A DNA stretch of 61,948 bases, the filler included, from Dimargaris cristalligena (lineage: Eukaryota): NCBI GenBank assembly GCA_003614675.1. It is 2 parts of 2 records of this genome, joined end to end, with 100 filler letters (N's around TTAATTAATTAA, not from the genome) between each part and the next. Parts side by side here need not be neighbours in the genome. Positions count along the whole stretch, not along the records: positions 31,037 to 61,948 come from ML002449.1; 1 more part is not named here. One strand, 5' to 3'. The position numbers and the translations under genes are program-made. Under the pieces are notes generated by a model. That model searched no databases, was not told the DNA's origin, and worked only from the letters and a program-made list of their open reading frames with translations. Shown here in pieces: positions 47,614-57,997 of this stretch. Position 1 is the stretch's first letter; the number at the start of each line of letters is the position of its first letter.

Positions 47614-49306
47614 ATGGCCCACTTACCCCTGATAATACCACCCTTTCGTTTCGCCTGTGTCGAGCCCGGCGTCTATCGGGGCTGCTACCCCAACCGCCTG
47701 AACGAGCGGTTTCTGTTACGGTAGGTGGACATGAAGTACATTAAGACCAGGTCGATTTCTGTGATATCCGTTGATAGCTAATACGTCAAAGGGGGGAGGA
47801 CATTGCAGGGATACCTGTCGAAATATTTATTGGTCAGTGCATTATATACCCCATGGATCGCCTTATTATAAAACTAACGAAGGCGAGTGGACCTGATGCC
47901 TATTCAATTTCCATTGCTTTGCTATATTCGCGTAGACTTCAACTGCGTACTATAATTTCTCTGGCACCAAACGACCCCAATTCCTGGCTCCCCGATTACT
48001 GTACCCAACATCAAATAGCCCGTTTTTCATTCCCCACCGATGTGCCCAAAGAAAACGTCACACTTCAAACCGAATCTATCCAACGGTGCCTCGAACTCCT
48101 CCTAGACCCCCGCCGCCACCCGCTCTATCTCCATTGTACCGACGGTACTGCCAATACCAGTCTGATTATAATTGCCCTCCGCCGGCTCCAGCTATGGCCC
48201 CTCACAGCGGCTATTGCTGAGTATCTGCGGTTCAGTTCCACCGACGAATTTCCTTCGGAAGAGGAGGATTTTATCGCCGGGCTCCACGTGGAAGTTCAGG
48301 TGCCCCCCATTGTACCCTATTGGCTATGGGGTCCCGCGGTGGCCGATACCACGGCGTCGGACGATTGTGAAGGGTTAGCCTCGCTTCTGGCCCGGGAAAA
48401 TCCGGATGGGATCGACGAAAGCGTGCGTCAACTGGGCAAGGTTCTGCCGCTATCGACCCGAGTTCATAAGCCGTATGAAAACCACTTTTTACAGTCACAA
48501 CCCCCGTCTATCAACGGTCGCCCGATTCAATCGTGGTCAGACTTCCACCCCAACCATTTTTGCACGCTATGCCAGGAATTGCCCTTTAACCAACACCCGC
48601 TATGGTCATTACAGTGGGCTAGCCGCCACCTAACTGATCAGTCAGACCCATCGTCCCCGCCTTCGACCGGTCGTGTGGACGGGTCGGCTACTACTACCCA
48701 CTCCAGCTCAGCTACGGTAACTAACGGGGCGGCACAGTCTGATACCACGGCTAGTCACCACCATGGCAGTTTTGCTGATGCCCATCGGTTTCCGTTCAAG
48801 TCCATCGCAAGGAGCTCAAGTGAGGTCGCCCATGGTGGACGAGGTCCTGCACTGCCCGATACAAGTAAGTGAAATAGTGCCAACTTTTATTTATAAAAAT
48901 TATTTTGGCATTATTTTCCCCTTGACCTATACTATCCACAATCCAATTTTGCTATGATTAACCTCCTCCCTCACCATCTTTATCACCACAAGCCCACGTC
49001 CTCCGGTCTAATATATTATATTTTTACTTTTTACTGGATTACCCATGCCTTGGCTGGCGGTACCAAATAGGTCTGAAACTAAGTCGTTCTGATCGAAGCA
49101 CCACGGCCCCTCTCAACAAGAGCTCATCGGACATTCGCAAGGATAAAAGCCACAAGTTATCCAGCGGCAGTGCCTCAGCCAAGAAGCTGGACATTGACTA
49201 TTCTATGGGCAAAGACCCCGAGGAAGAAGGTGAGGAGGGTCAGGCGGAATGGGTCGAACTATCCTTGGCGGTACGGGCTTTGGCTCTGGAGGCCCATGGC
49301 TTGTGA
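47614..49306 (+). CDS. OCA6: Oca6-like atypical dual-specificity phosphatase family protein (Siw14/Y_phosphatase2 family); 3 exons
   Basis: Exons 47614-47720, 47936-48864 and 49071-49306 in frame. IPPFRFACVEPGVYRGCYP..FLLRLQLRTIISL, HPLYLHCTDG, LRRLQLW, C-terminal LSLAVRALALE. Confidence 0.82.
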
Positions 49307-50029
49307 GGGTCAGACATGGCTATATATCTTATCATATCTTAAGATTTCAGCAATGATTACACGGGCTAGCATATTATTTCTTCCAAAAAGACTACGTACT
49401 GGTGCAATCCTCGTGATTCAATTCGATATATATACCCCAATAATATTTGCCATTTGCATATACGAAGATTTTAATAATAGTAACAATTGTAATGTGAGAA
49501 ATAAAAAGAACTGAATAAGGGCCGAATAGCCATATATTGGAGCAAAGAGTTGTAGAATAATTGGATGGATATACACGATAACTTTTGTTAGAAAGGGAAA
49601 TATAAAGCGGGAAAGAGAGAGAGGGTATGTGTGTGTGTGTGGATGTCGGTAAAGGCTAGAAATAGGACAGACCACTAGGTAGGAATAATATAAGCGCTAG
49701 GATTACCCCAAAAGATGATTCGTTTGAATGAGTTATAGGCCCACTCATTAACTAAAAAAGCAAGTGGGTATAGGAGGGCCATTAATCATTAAACAATATA
49801 ATCATTGACCATTAATTTTTTTTAAAAGTCAATGGTTAATAGATCCCGTTTCAATGTAGATGTTGAATAGAGAATACGTGAGAAGGGTCAGCGGCCGGGG
49901 GAATACGATCATGTTACGAAAATCAGTAGTAAAGAACCATAAAAAACCAAGCCATGCCCCAGTCCCGGACCCGAGCAATCAAGTCCATTCGGCTACAGCT
50001 ACAGCTACAGAAGAGTCGCTACCCGTAGG

Positions 50030-53000
50030 TTAATGTCCGTCCATAGCATCCCCGTCGGAGGTAATTTGGTAAATATCCCCGATCCGCAAAAGCAGCTGTT
50101 GAATCAGGCCCACCAAGTGTTGCGGCCGGGGGAACGCCAACAGACGGATGAATTCGGGGTACAAGACTCGCATTTGGCGGTGGATTTGGGACTTGTCCAT
50201 ATCGAGAATATTTTCCAGGATGTTCACCACGACCGGCTGCCAGGCCTGGATGTGCCGCTCGGCGGTGTGCGGGTCGATACGATTAAAGTGTATGAACACG
50301 TTTTGGGAGAGGGGCACGAGGCGGTCTTCGACTTCTACAGCGATGAGTTGGCGTTCGGAGGAAGTGTCGGCGTACATGCGGTAAAGGATTGACATGGCGC
50401 ACTGGAGACTGTTGACCTCTTGCTTGAGAAGACTGGGTACTTGGGTCATGAACCCACTTTCCACTAGGGCTAGGCGGAGCTGGACGTCAGCGTTGAACTT
50501 GCGCGCAAACTGGTAGGATTTGTCCAGGCAATCTAAAATGAAAAACAGGTGGTTGGATTCCAATGACCGGTAGATGGACGCATTCTTGTGGAAGAGATCA
50601 TCCACAGTCTGGATTAACAGGAGCTGCAGCACACACTTGAGGGTGATCCGCTGGTATTCTTCCTGCGGGTCTCCCTTCCAGCTCTTAGGTTTCGGGGGCA
50701 GTGCGCTGACCAAATCACCGCTACCTCCCCCTAGCTCGTGACCATTACCCCCACCATTGTTACTATTGCTCCCCACCGGACGGAAATTAGAGCCCGTTCC
50801 GTTTAGACCGGAAGTAGGCACAGGCCGGCCACTCATTTCGAACAGCACGTGGGGCACACTGGTGTTGAATAAGTTGAGGAACGTCCGGCAAATCTGATGC
50901 CAAGCGGTCTCGTCGAATTTCTGGTGGTTATTTTCAATTAATTCCTGGAAACAAGCAGTACCAATCCGGGCCAGCGTCTCACTGTCTTGGGCGATACAGA
51001 TACTCAGTAATTCGAGGATACCGTCCAGTGTGGGGCACAGCGTCTCGTAGTAGTGCGTGAACAAGTCAATCAAGTTCCGCAGGGCCTTGATCAGGGTCGT
51101 GGAGAACCAGAATGTAATGTCCTCCTGGCGTCCGAACCGTTGACTGGTTTCGGGGGACTTCAAGTCCCGGAAGATGGGGTATACGACATCCCGCAGAATG
51201 AGTGACCAGAACTCGAACGAGAAGGTGGAGCCGTAGTTCTTGAGGAATTCGAACAGGTAGTTAAGGGCCTTGGTGCGCACTTCTAGATCGTCACAGTTCA
51301 TGATAATGTCGTACATGGCGTAAAACACGGGGAACCAGAGTCGATAGACGGGGTCTTCGTTGGGGGGCAAAGCATCGGCTCCCGCTAAGCGGGCCGGAGT
51401 GGTCCCACCCCCGCCGGTAGTAACCGTCCCGTTGTGATGAGCACCGGCCTTATTACCACCTTTCTCCGACATGGTCGTTTCAGAAGCGGAGACATCATTC
51501 CGTTGGGCCGCCGGGGTTTGTCCTCCAGCGGCGGCCACGGCGACTGCGGCCGCATTCGCCAGCTGGTGATGTACGGTCGTAAACCCGGGGTCCTGCAGCC
51601 GGGTAGCCAGGTTCTTCGCACACAGGTATAGCATTTCAATGGCCTGTAGACTAGACCGCTGGTGCATCGACGACGTACAAAACTCCGTTAGGCACAGGAT
51701 GAGGTCGGGGAAACTACCGAGGGTTACGATATCGTTGAACCGTTCTTTACACACCTCGCGCAGGATTTCAAAGGCCATAACCACGATGGGTTCGCTGGGC
51801 TCCCGGGCGGCGGTCGAGAGCACGGACAGGATCGTCTTCCAGCCGGATCGGACATGGTCGCTGCGGGAACGGATAATGTGTTGCAGGCAGCGCAGTACCA
51901 TATCCTTAATGGAAACGTCCGGGCTATTCTCCAGGATAAAGTGGAAGGGCCGTAGGAAATCCTTCTGGAATTTAAAGTGAGCCAATTCCTCCTTTTCCAA
52001 GAATTTCATGGATAGCTGGCGCAGGGAGTCCAGCGCGAAGAACCCGACTTGGACATTAGGGTGGCAACCCACCTGGTTAAAGTGGTCCCCCAGGATGGCC
52101 CACACATTGGACCATTCCATACGGATACGGCTCATGTTATAGTAGGAAATCTCGACAATCTTTTGGAGACTGTAGAGTCGCGGGTGGGTATGGCCACCAA
52201 ACGTCGAATTCTGAATCTCCTCCCACGACACAATGCTCAGGGCCCGCACGAATTCGACGATCCCCGTACCGGAAAGTTTAACACTGGAGCTGAAGATACG
52301 GTCCACCGCCACCACGAGGGACTGGGAGTTAGCGTCCAGCCGGGATAGATCGGCCAGTTGCAGGGACCGGTGCTGCCGGGTCACCCCGGGGCGTTGTTTA
52401 CCCGCCGTAATCACCGAACTACGCTTAAGGCGGTCGCCCCCGGGCACGTTACGCCCGCGGTCTGGACCAGGACTACGGGGAATACCCGCGGATCCACCCG
52501 AGCCTGTGGCGGAGGCGCTGCTAGTATGGCCGCCTACACTGCCCAAGGCCGAACCGGTACTTGTCCCCGATACGCTTAGGTTCCGGGGCCGATTATCCAC
52601 CGAACCCGATGAAGGGATAAGTAATGACGAGGGACTACCCCCGCTCGACCCACCACCACCCATGACGCCATCGTTGATCAGCTGCAGGCGTTCCAACTGA
52701 CTCACACAGGTCAACACATCCAGCCAGGACTGGTTCAGGTCGTTTCCGTCAATAGCCGCAATGTCGAGCAGCGTTTTGATGGCCTCGATATTCTTGGGCT
52801 TCATTTCCATGAGGTTGGCCAACACTGTGAATTTAGCCAGCGTCGATACAAACGCGTCGCGCTCGAGGGCCAGGTCAAAGGTCGCTGCAATATGAATGGC
52901 GTGCCGGAAACTTTCCAAACAAAGTTGGATAATGTCGGGGTCATCTAGCTCTTGGGCAGGCCCACTGATCCCTGCCAGGATGGGCATCCATACGATTTCG

Positions 53001-56000
53001 AACATGGGCCGGACGTGTTCAATGTGGGAGGCCTGGTAGAATAGGTTGGCCTCGTTGGCAATGTCCAGACGGGACCGCTTCCGAAGGATATCCTTGATCA
53101 GGGCTTCGCTCTTATTCGCCATTTCACGGGACATGCTGGAATAATACTCGTACCGGGTGGACCGGCGACGCAGTACCCCGAAGGCAGAAGACAGCCCAAG
53201 GCTGGAGGACCCGTCATCGAAGACACCGCCATCTTTACCGCCTCCGCCACCCCGGGCCCCACCGCTACCTCCGGCCCCTCCCACCGATCCTGCCCCACCG
53301 CCCGAACCACCCGTCAGCATTGGATCATGCTCGTCCTTGAGAATAATCTCGTGCTTCTGAATCTCGTCGTAGATGGCGTGCAGAAACTCCTCGGGCAAAT
53401 CGGCATTATCGTTGATACCCCGGTTGTTCTTGACGAAGTCCGCCTTGGTCATGCGGACTTTCACCTGGGGGCTGTGTTGGTCGGTGTTAAGCAGAATCAC
53501 CGAATAGGCCAGGACGTATGCGGTATCAGCGTTAGCGAACGCATCGGGGTTACCCTCCACGTAGCGTTCAGCAAACTTCAGCATGAATCGATCAATCTTC
53601 TGGGATTCACCTGGGAGTCGGAAGTCTTGCAGGAAATTACGGAGGGCGGGTACGAAGGGTGTGTTGACGAAGGCCATGTCATCGACAAACGCATGCATAA
53701 TAGCAATGTTTTTGGTGTCCCCCTCCCCGAGGTACTCGCCAAGTTGGGTCTTATTGAGGCCATCGGCGGAACGCAGGAATTTGGCAATGGCCTCCGGGGT
53801 ATCACTCTCGATGAAATGGGTTTTGATGAGCGCCTGGATGCCCTTCTTGGGCTTCCAGTTAAAGAGACGCAACCCATCCTCCAGCTGCTGCTTACGCTGC
53901 TTGACGTACATGAACTGACCGGGGTCATCCGTGGTTCCGGTGGTCGCCATATTGAAGCCGTGCAGACTGGTGGTCGAGGCCGATGCACTTAGGGATGGGG
54001 GTGGCGGGGTAGGCGACGGGTTGCTCGTTCCACTACTGACGGCATCAGTGGCGCTATCCAATAGTAGGGAAGGTTGGGGGCTTTTAGCATTAGCCCGGGC
54101 CGAAAGCGAGTCCGCGTCGGTAGCAGAAGGATGGGTCCCTGAAGTATCAGCCGAGCCCCGGTTGATCCAGGACACAAGGGAACGTAAGATACCGGTAATG
54201 GCTTCAATGGACTGGCACTTGAGTGAGTAGTCGTCGGGGACTAGATACTCTTTATGGGTGAGAAGAGCCTGCGTGACCGAGGATGTGGTTAGGTTCGGTG
54301 GGATGGTGGGCCCGGCGTGGAGTTCCCCTGGAGTATGGGGCAGAAACATCGGCCCGGCCAGAATATACTGACTGGCCTCCCCGTCACGGCCCGTCCCCGC
54401 ATTACTCCCGGCCGCCCCCGAGTTCGTATTCGTGGCCCCTGAGCCACTCCCGCCCGCGGCAATCTTGGATAACGTATTGACCAATCGCTCGTACAGATTC
54501 AAGGCCGAATCCTGGCTACAGTCGTAGTTCAAATACACCTCGATAAGGGTTTGGGGATCATTACATATTTGAAGCAGACACTGGATCAGGCAACTCCGCT
54601 GCAAGTAGGCCGAGTGACGCATTTCGATTGTCGGCAGGATAATTTCCCGAAATAGGACTTCGATTTCCTTGCGCATGAATTTACGGAGGGAGACAAGCAG
54701 GCGGGCCAGAATGGCCAAGCTCACTTCGAACACGCCGAAATCGAGGGATAGGAGATTACGACTTAGACTGAGGGAGAGGTACTGCTTGACGACCCCGATA
54801 AAGGGGATGGTGACATATTCGGAGGCATCTCCACCGGGTGGAAGGCTAACTTGGGAAAGGGCCCCCACGTTGTCGTTTAATGAATTCCGCCCCTCAGGAT
54901 CACCCAGGGTACTGTCCCTGGGATACGCCGGACTGTTGGGCTGGGTACCGGGGTTACTATCACTGGGCCCCCCCTCCGTAGGACCATTGCCCGTGCGTAA
55001 CGTCACATTGGCCCGCGTGAGAACGTCCAGGTGGGTATTGAGGATTATGTAGATGAGGTGCAGAGCCAGTAGGCGGGACCGAAGGGAAAGGATCCGGATA
55101 TCATTGTACTGCTCTTTGGTCATATTCTTCATGGACAGCTTACAAAGGGCCCGGAATAGACTGAAGGCGTCCCGGATGGCCTGGTCGTTGGCCAGGCCGG
55201 CCTGATTAGACTGGGTGGATGGAGGCCGGGTCATGGGGGTTAACGGGTGGAGGGGGGAGTCCTGCGGCTGGGAGACGTTGTCGGAATCAGTCACGGACAT
55301 CGCCACTGGGGCCAGTAACTCGGCGGGATGGGGCTCATCGGAGTTAGCCGGCCCCGTACGAGGGGCAGTATCTTCCACGGGGGATTCGACTGCTCCTTCC
55401 TGCAATCCATTGACAGTGGTACTATCCTGGTGTTTGTCACTGGGAAGGGCGGCTTCCACTGGGGTGGACTCCCCATTCCTGGCGAAGTGGGGGTTAGTAG
55501 TAGAGGCGGGTGGCGATTTAGCTGGACCCTTGAGGACGGCGGGGGATGACAGGGGAGATGGTTGGGCAGTTCCGGAAGCGGGGTCAGCCGATTCTCCGGA
55601 TTCAATGACTGCTGTATCCAACTTGATGCGCCCAAACACAATACGAACAATCTGAGCCAGGGTGCCTTGGGCCAGGGTCTGGTTAGATTCGCTACGGGAC
55701 AGGAGGTAGATATTGTAAATGGTGCGAACGGCCTTAAGTAGGGCAGATTGGTGAAGCTGGTGGGCTGGGTCGTTAGACGAGCAAGATACGGCGGCCAGGA
55801 TGGCCTTGACCACCTGCAGCTGCACCATGTCGTCAGTGATTTCACCCGCGAAGCAATCACAAACGATATCGACGAGCTGATCCAGAATCGAGACCGGGGA
55901 GCCTGGCGCGGAATTTCCCCCTTCGGGATTTTCGAAGTAGCTGTAGGAAATGAGTTTTTCGATACAGTCGAGCGCAATAATTATAGCGGGGACACTTTCC

Positions 56001-56989
56001 GTAGCACACGCCAAACGCAAGGGGTTCAGGATTAGTTCAGTAGCATCAACGGCTTCGGAATGTCCGCCCGCAGAGGAGGGGGTCGTGGTGTCGGCGGGGC
56101 CGGTTTGGCTGTTCTGATTTTGGCGGAGATGTTCCAAGGCACGGGTCAGGGCCTCCCGGAGTTTTTTGTCGCGTTTACCGTCGCGCGATTTCAAAATCTT
56201 TTCCAGATCATTGACAATGAAGAACCGGACCGATGCCATGGAGGAGGATGCGGTCGATACGGCGGTTAGCGTGGTACTCACGGATGCCCCCCGCGGACGG
56301 GTTTGGGGTGAGGCGGGAGCGGATACTCGAACTGGATTGGGGGGTGTTGCAGGGAGAACGGCGGGTGGTGGAGGAGGCACTTGAATAGGAGGAGGAGGGG
56401 GGACTCGCGATGAAGAGGTCTCCTCTGGACCGGGGCTGGACTTAGCCTCCTCCGCTACCGGCGGTGGTAAGGGTGAGGGTGGTGGTGGTGGCGTTGAAGC
56501 CGGCTCAGGTCGTGATGACTCGTCGTCAGTGGGGGATGGCACCTGACCGGCAGGGTCATCGATCGCCGGAGGGAGGGGGTCGGAGGAAGAGGATTCAGCG
56601 GCTACCATTTCAGCTGGCTCAGGGTCAGAGGGAATCCCCGCGGCCATTGGGGCATGTGGGGGTTCAGGTGAGGCTGTGGTTGAAGGTAGAGGCGAGGTTT
56701 CCGTGGGAGAACCTAATTCGATGGATTCGGCATCCTCAAACTCGTCCGCGGAGGGCTCATGGTCAATGGGTGAGGGTGGTAGATGTGGTGAAGTTGGCGA
56801 AGAGGGGTCCTCGGCCGAGGCCGCGTCTTCTGCATCTGACTCATCGGTAGCTGGCAACGCAGTTACTGCGGGAGCCAGTGATAGAGAGGTGGGGACTTCC
56901 TCCCCGTCGGCAGGAGGACTGGAAGCGGGTGGCGGGGCGAGGGTCATGTCATTGGGCTTGGACTCATCAGCCGATAAGGAAATGGCCAT
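50030..56989 (-). CDS. SEC7: Sec7/BIG-family large Arf guanine-nucleotide exchange factor
   Basis: DCB (ALDCIEKLISY, VQLQVVKAIL), HUS (YLNYDC), Sec7 domain (FNWKPKKG, FRLPGESQKIDRFM, AYSVILLNTDQH) and HDS (SLQKIVEISYYNM, DSLRQLSMKF). Likely ATG at 56989, just after a cgtag acceptor, so an upstream exon is possible. Confidence 0.95.
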   Translation of the reverse strand: MAISLSADESKPNDMTLAPPPASSPPADGEEVPTSLSLAPAVTALPATDESDAEDAASAEDPSSPTSPHLPPSPIDHEPSADEFEDAESIELGSPTETSPLPSTTASPEPPHAPMAAGIPSDPEPAEMVAAESSSSDPLPPAIDDPAGQVPSPTDDESSRPEPASTPPPPPSPLPPPVAEEAKSSPGPEETSSSRVPPPPPIQVPPPPPAVLPATPPNPVRVSAPASPQTRPRGASVSTTLTAVSTASSSMASVRFFIVNDLEKILKSRDGKRDKKLREALTRALEHLRQNQNSQTGPADTTTPSSAGGHSEAVDATELILNPLRLACATESVPAIIIALDCIEKLISYSYFENPEGGNSAPGSPVSILDQLVDIVCDCFAGEITDDMVQLQVVKAILAAVSCSSNDPAHQLHQSALLKAVRTIYNIYLLSRSESNQTLAQGTLAQIVRIVFGRIKLDTAVIESGESADPASGTAQPSPLSSPAVLKGPAKSPPASTTNPHFARNGESTPVEAALPSDKHQDSTTVNGLQEGAVESPVEDTAPRTGPANSDEPHPAELLAPVAMSVTDSDNVSQPQDSPLHPLTPMTRPPSTQSNQAGLANDQAIRDAFSLFRALCKLSMKNMTKEQYNDIRILSLRSRLLALHLIYIILNTHLDVLTRANVTLRTGNGPTEGGPSDSNPGTQPNSPAYPRDSTLGDPEGRNSLNDNVGALSQVSLPPGGDASEYVTIPFIGVVKQYLSLSLSRNLLSLDFGVFEVSLAILARLLVSLRKFMRKEIEVLFREIILPTIEMRHSAYLQRSCLIQCLLQICNDPQTLIEVYLNYDCSQDSALNLYERLVNTLSKIAAGGSGSGATNTNSGAAGSNAGTGRDGEASQYILAGPMFLPHTPGELHAGPTIPPNLTTSSVTQALLTHKEYLVPDDYSLKCQSIEAITGILRSLVSWINRGSADTSGTHPSATDADSLSARANAKSPQPSLLLDSATDAVSSGTSNPSPTPPPPSLSASASTTSLHGFNMATTGTTDDPGQFMYVKQRKQQLEDGLRLFNWKPKKGIQALIKTHFIESDTPEAIAKFLRSADGLNKTQLGEYLGEGDTKNIAIMHAFVDDMAFVNTPFVPALRNFLQDFRLPGESQKIDRFMLKFAERYVEGNPDAFANADTAYVLAYSVILLNTDQHSPQVKVRMTKADFVKNNRGINDNADLPEEFLHAIYDEIQKHEIILKDEHDPMLTGGSGGGAGSVGGAGGSGGARGGGGGKDGGVFDDGSSSLGLSSAFGVLRRRSTRYEYYSSMSREMANKSEALIKDILRKRSRLDIANEANLFYQASHIEHVRPMFEIVWMPILAGISGPAQELDDPDIIQLCLESFRHAIHIAATFDLALERDAFVSTLAKFTVLANLMEMKPKNIEAIKTLLDIAAIDGNDLNQSWLDVLTCVSQLERLQLINDGVMGGGGSSGGSPSSLLIPSSGSVDNRPRNLSVSGTSTGSALGSVGGHTSSASATGSGGSAGIPRSPGPDRGRNVPGGDRLKRSSVITAGKQRPGVTRQHRSLQLADLSRLDANSQSLVVAVDRIFSSSVKLSGTGIVEFVRALSIVSWEEIQNSTFGGHTHPRLYSLQKIVEISYYNMSRIRMEWSNVWAILGDHFNQVGCHPNVQVGFFALDSLRQLSMKFLEKEELAHFKFQKDFLRPFHFILENSPDVSIKDMVLRCLQHIIRSRSDHVRSGWKTILSVLSTAAREPSEPIVVMAFEILREVCKERFNDIVTLGSFPDLILCLTEFCTSSMHQRSSLQAIEMLYLCAKNLATRLQDPGFTTVHHQLANAAAVAVAAAGGQTPAAQRNDVSASETTMSEKGGNKAGAHHNGTVTTGGGGTTPARLAGADALPPNEDPVYRLWFPVFYAMYDIIMNCDDLEVRTKALNYLFEFLKNYGSTFSFEFWSLILRDVVYPIFRDLKSPETSQRFGRQEDITFWFSTTLIKALRNLIDLFTHYYETLCPTLDGILELLSICIAQDSETLARIGTACFQELIENNHQKFDETAWHQICRTFLNLFNTSVPHVLFEMSGRPVPTSGLNGTGSNFRPVGSNSNNGGGNGHELGGGSGDLVSALPPKPKSWKGDPQEEYQRITLKCVLQLLLIQTVDDLFHKNASIYRSLESNHLFFILDCLDKSYQFARKFNADVQLRLALVESGFMTQVPSLLKQEVNSLQCAMSILYRMYADTSSERQLIAVEVEDRLVPLSQNVFIHFNRIDPHTAERHIQAWQPVVVNILENILDMDKSQIHRQMRVLYPEFIRLLAFPRPQHLVGLIQQLLLRIGDIYQITSDGDAMDGH

Positions 56990-57997
56990 CCCTACGATAG
57001 AAAAGGGGGGATGCGAGATAAATGTAAAGGGATTGGTCCAAACTGAACTATGTATAAATAAATAAAGGGCACTGGGAGTATAAGCAAAGATGAAGGCGAA
57101 TGGCACAGCGTTAGCAGATATTGGTCAAGTAGCCTCGACGGGGTCCGGTTGACCATGAAACCTATGCAGATTCCGAATAAATGTAACTCAGGGGTTGTGT
57201 TGTCCTACTGTATCTCTCACTATCTCGAACTACCGCTGGCTGGGATAGATAGGCGGGGGCGTAATAGAGGTATTCAAACAGATGGGAGCGACGTCGAGTT
57301 TAGCAAAGACTCGTCGTCAGCTGGATGAGTGTAAATAGCACGGCTTGGCAAGCAACAGGAGATCGCGCCCTCGGTTATGGTGGCAATGGAGTCCATAAAA
57401 GAGAGTTTTTGCTCCTCTTTCTCTCTGGCTTTGGGGCAGTGACAGGGCAAGTGAAGGCGAAATAATGATGACAAGTTAGGCCCATGGCAGTCGGGTTTGA
57501 GGGCTTGTCTGTCCCTCACTTCCCCTCTCTACCGTTTAAAATAGCGGAGATTGACTAGGATCATCGCCCTTCCTTGTATTGGCGGTCGCCTCCATTTATC
57601 ATTAATTGATCTAGCTGCCATTAAACAAGGACGCTTGGCCCCAAACAAAGGTGGGCGATACATAATAGGTACAGATTGAATAGAGAACATAACTATTGGC
57701 CTACCCAGTTAATTATGACAAATTTGGCCCCAAAACCATGGACTTTACAACGCCAGCCTTCAATATTTACTCGCTTGCCGCCGCGTACCTGAGGAGCTGC
57801 AGTCGGCCGTTTGGGTTACCACTGGTGCAGTTCAAGATAACCATCGGTCCCATTAATTATTGACCATTCACTCCCCAAACTACTTGGTACACATTGTTTA
57901 TTAAGAGAAAGCCACGTCACCCTGATTTATATTACCCAACCTTTCCCTATCCCAATCAGCACCCCCCGAAGATAGCATAAAAATTGACCGCAACTTC

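Noticed and set aside
49804-49840. Short imperfect inverted repeat (ATTGACCATT..AATGGTTAAT) between OCA6 and SEC7
   Set aside because: A 10-bp AT-rich stem is expected by chance.
56230-56989. Long Pro/acidic N-terminal extension of Sec7
   Set aside because: Disordered acidic N-termini are usual in fungal Sec7 proteins.
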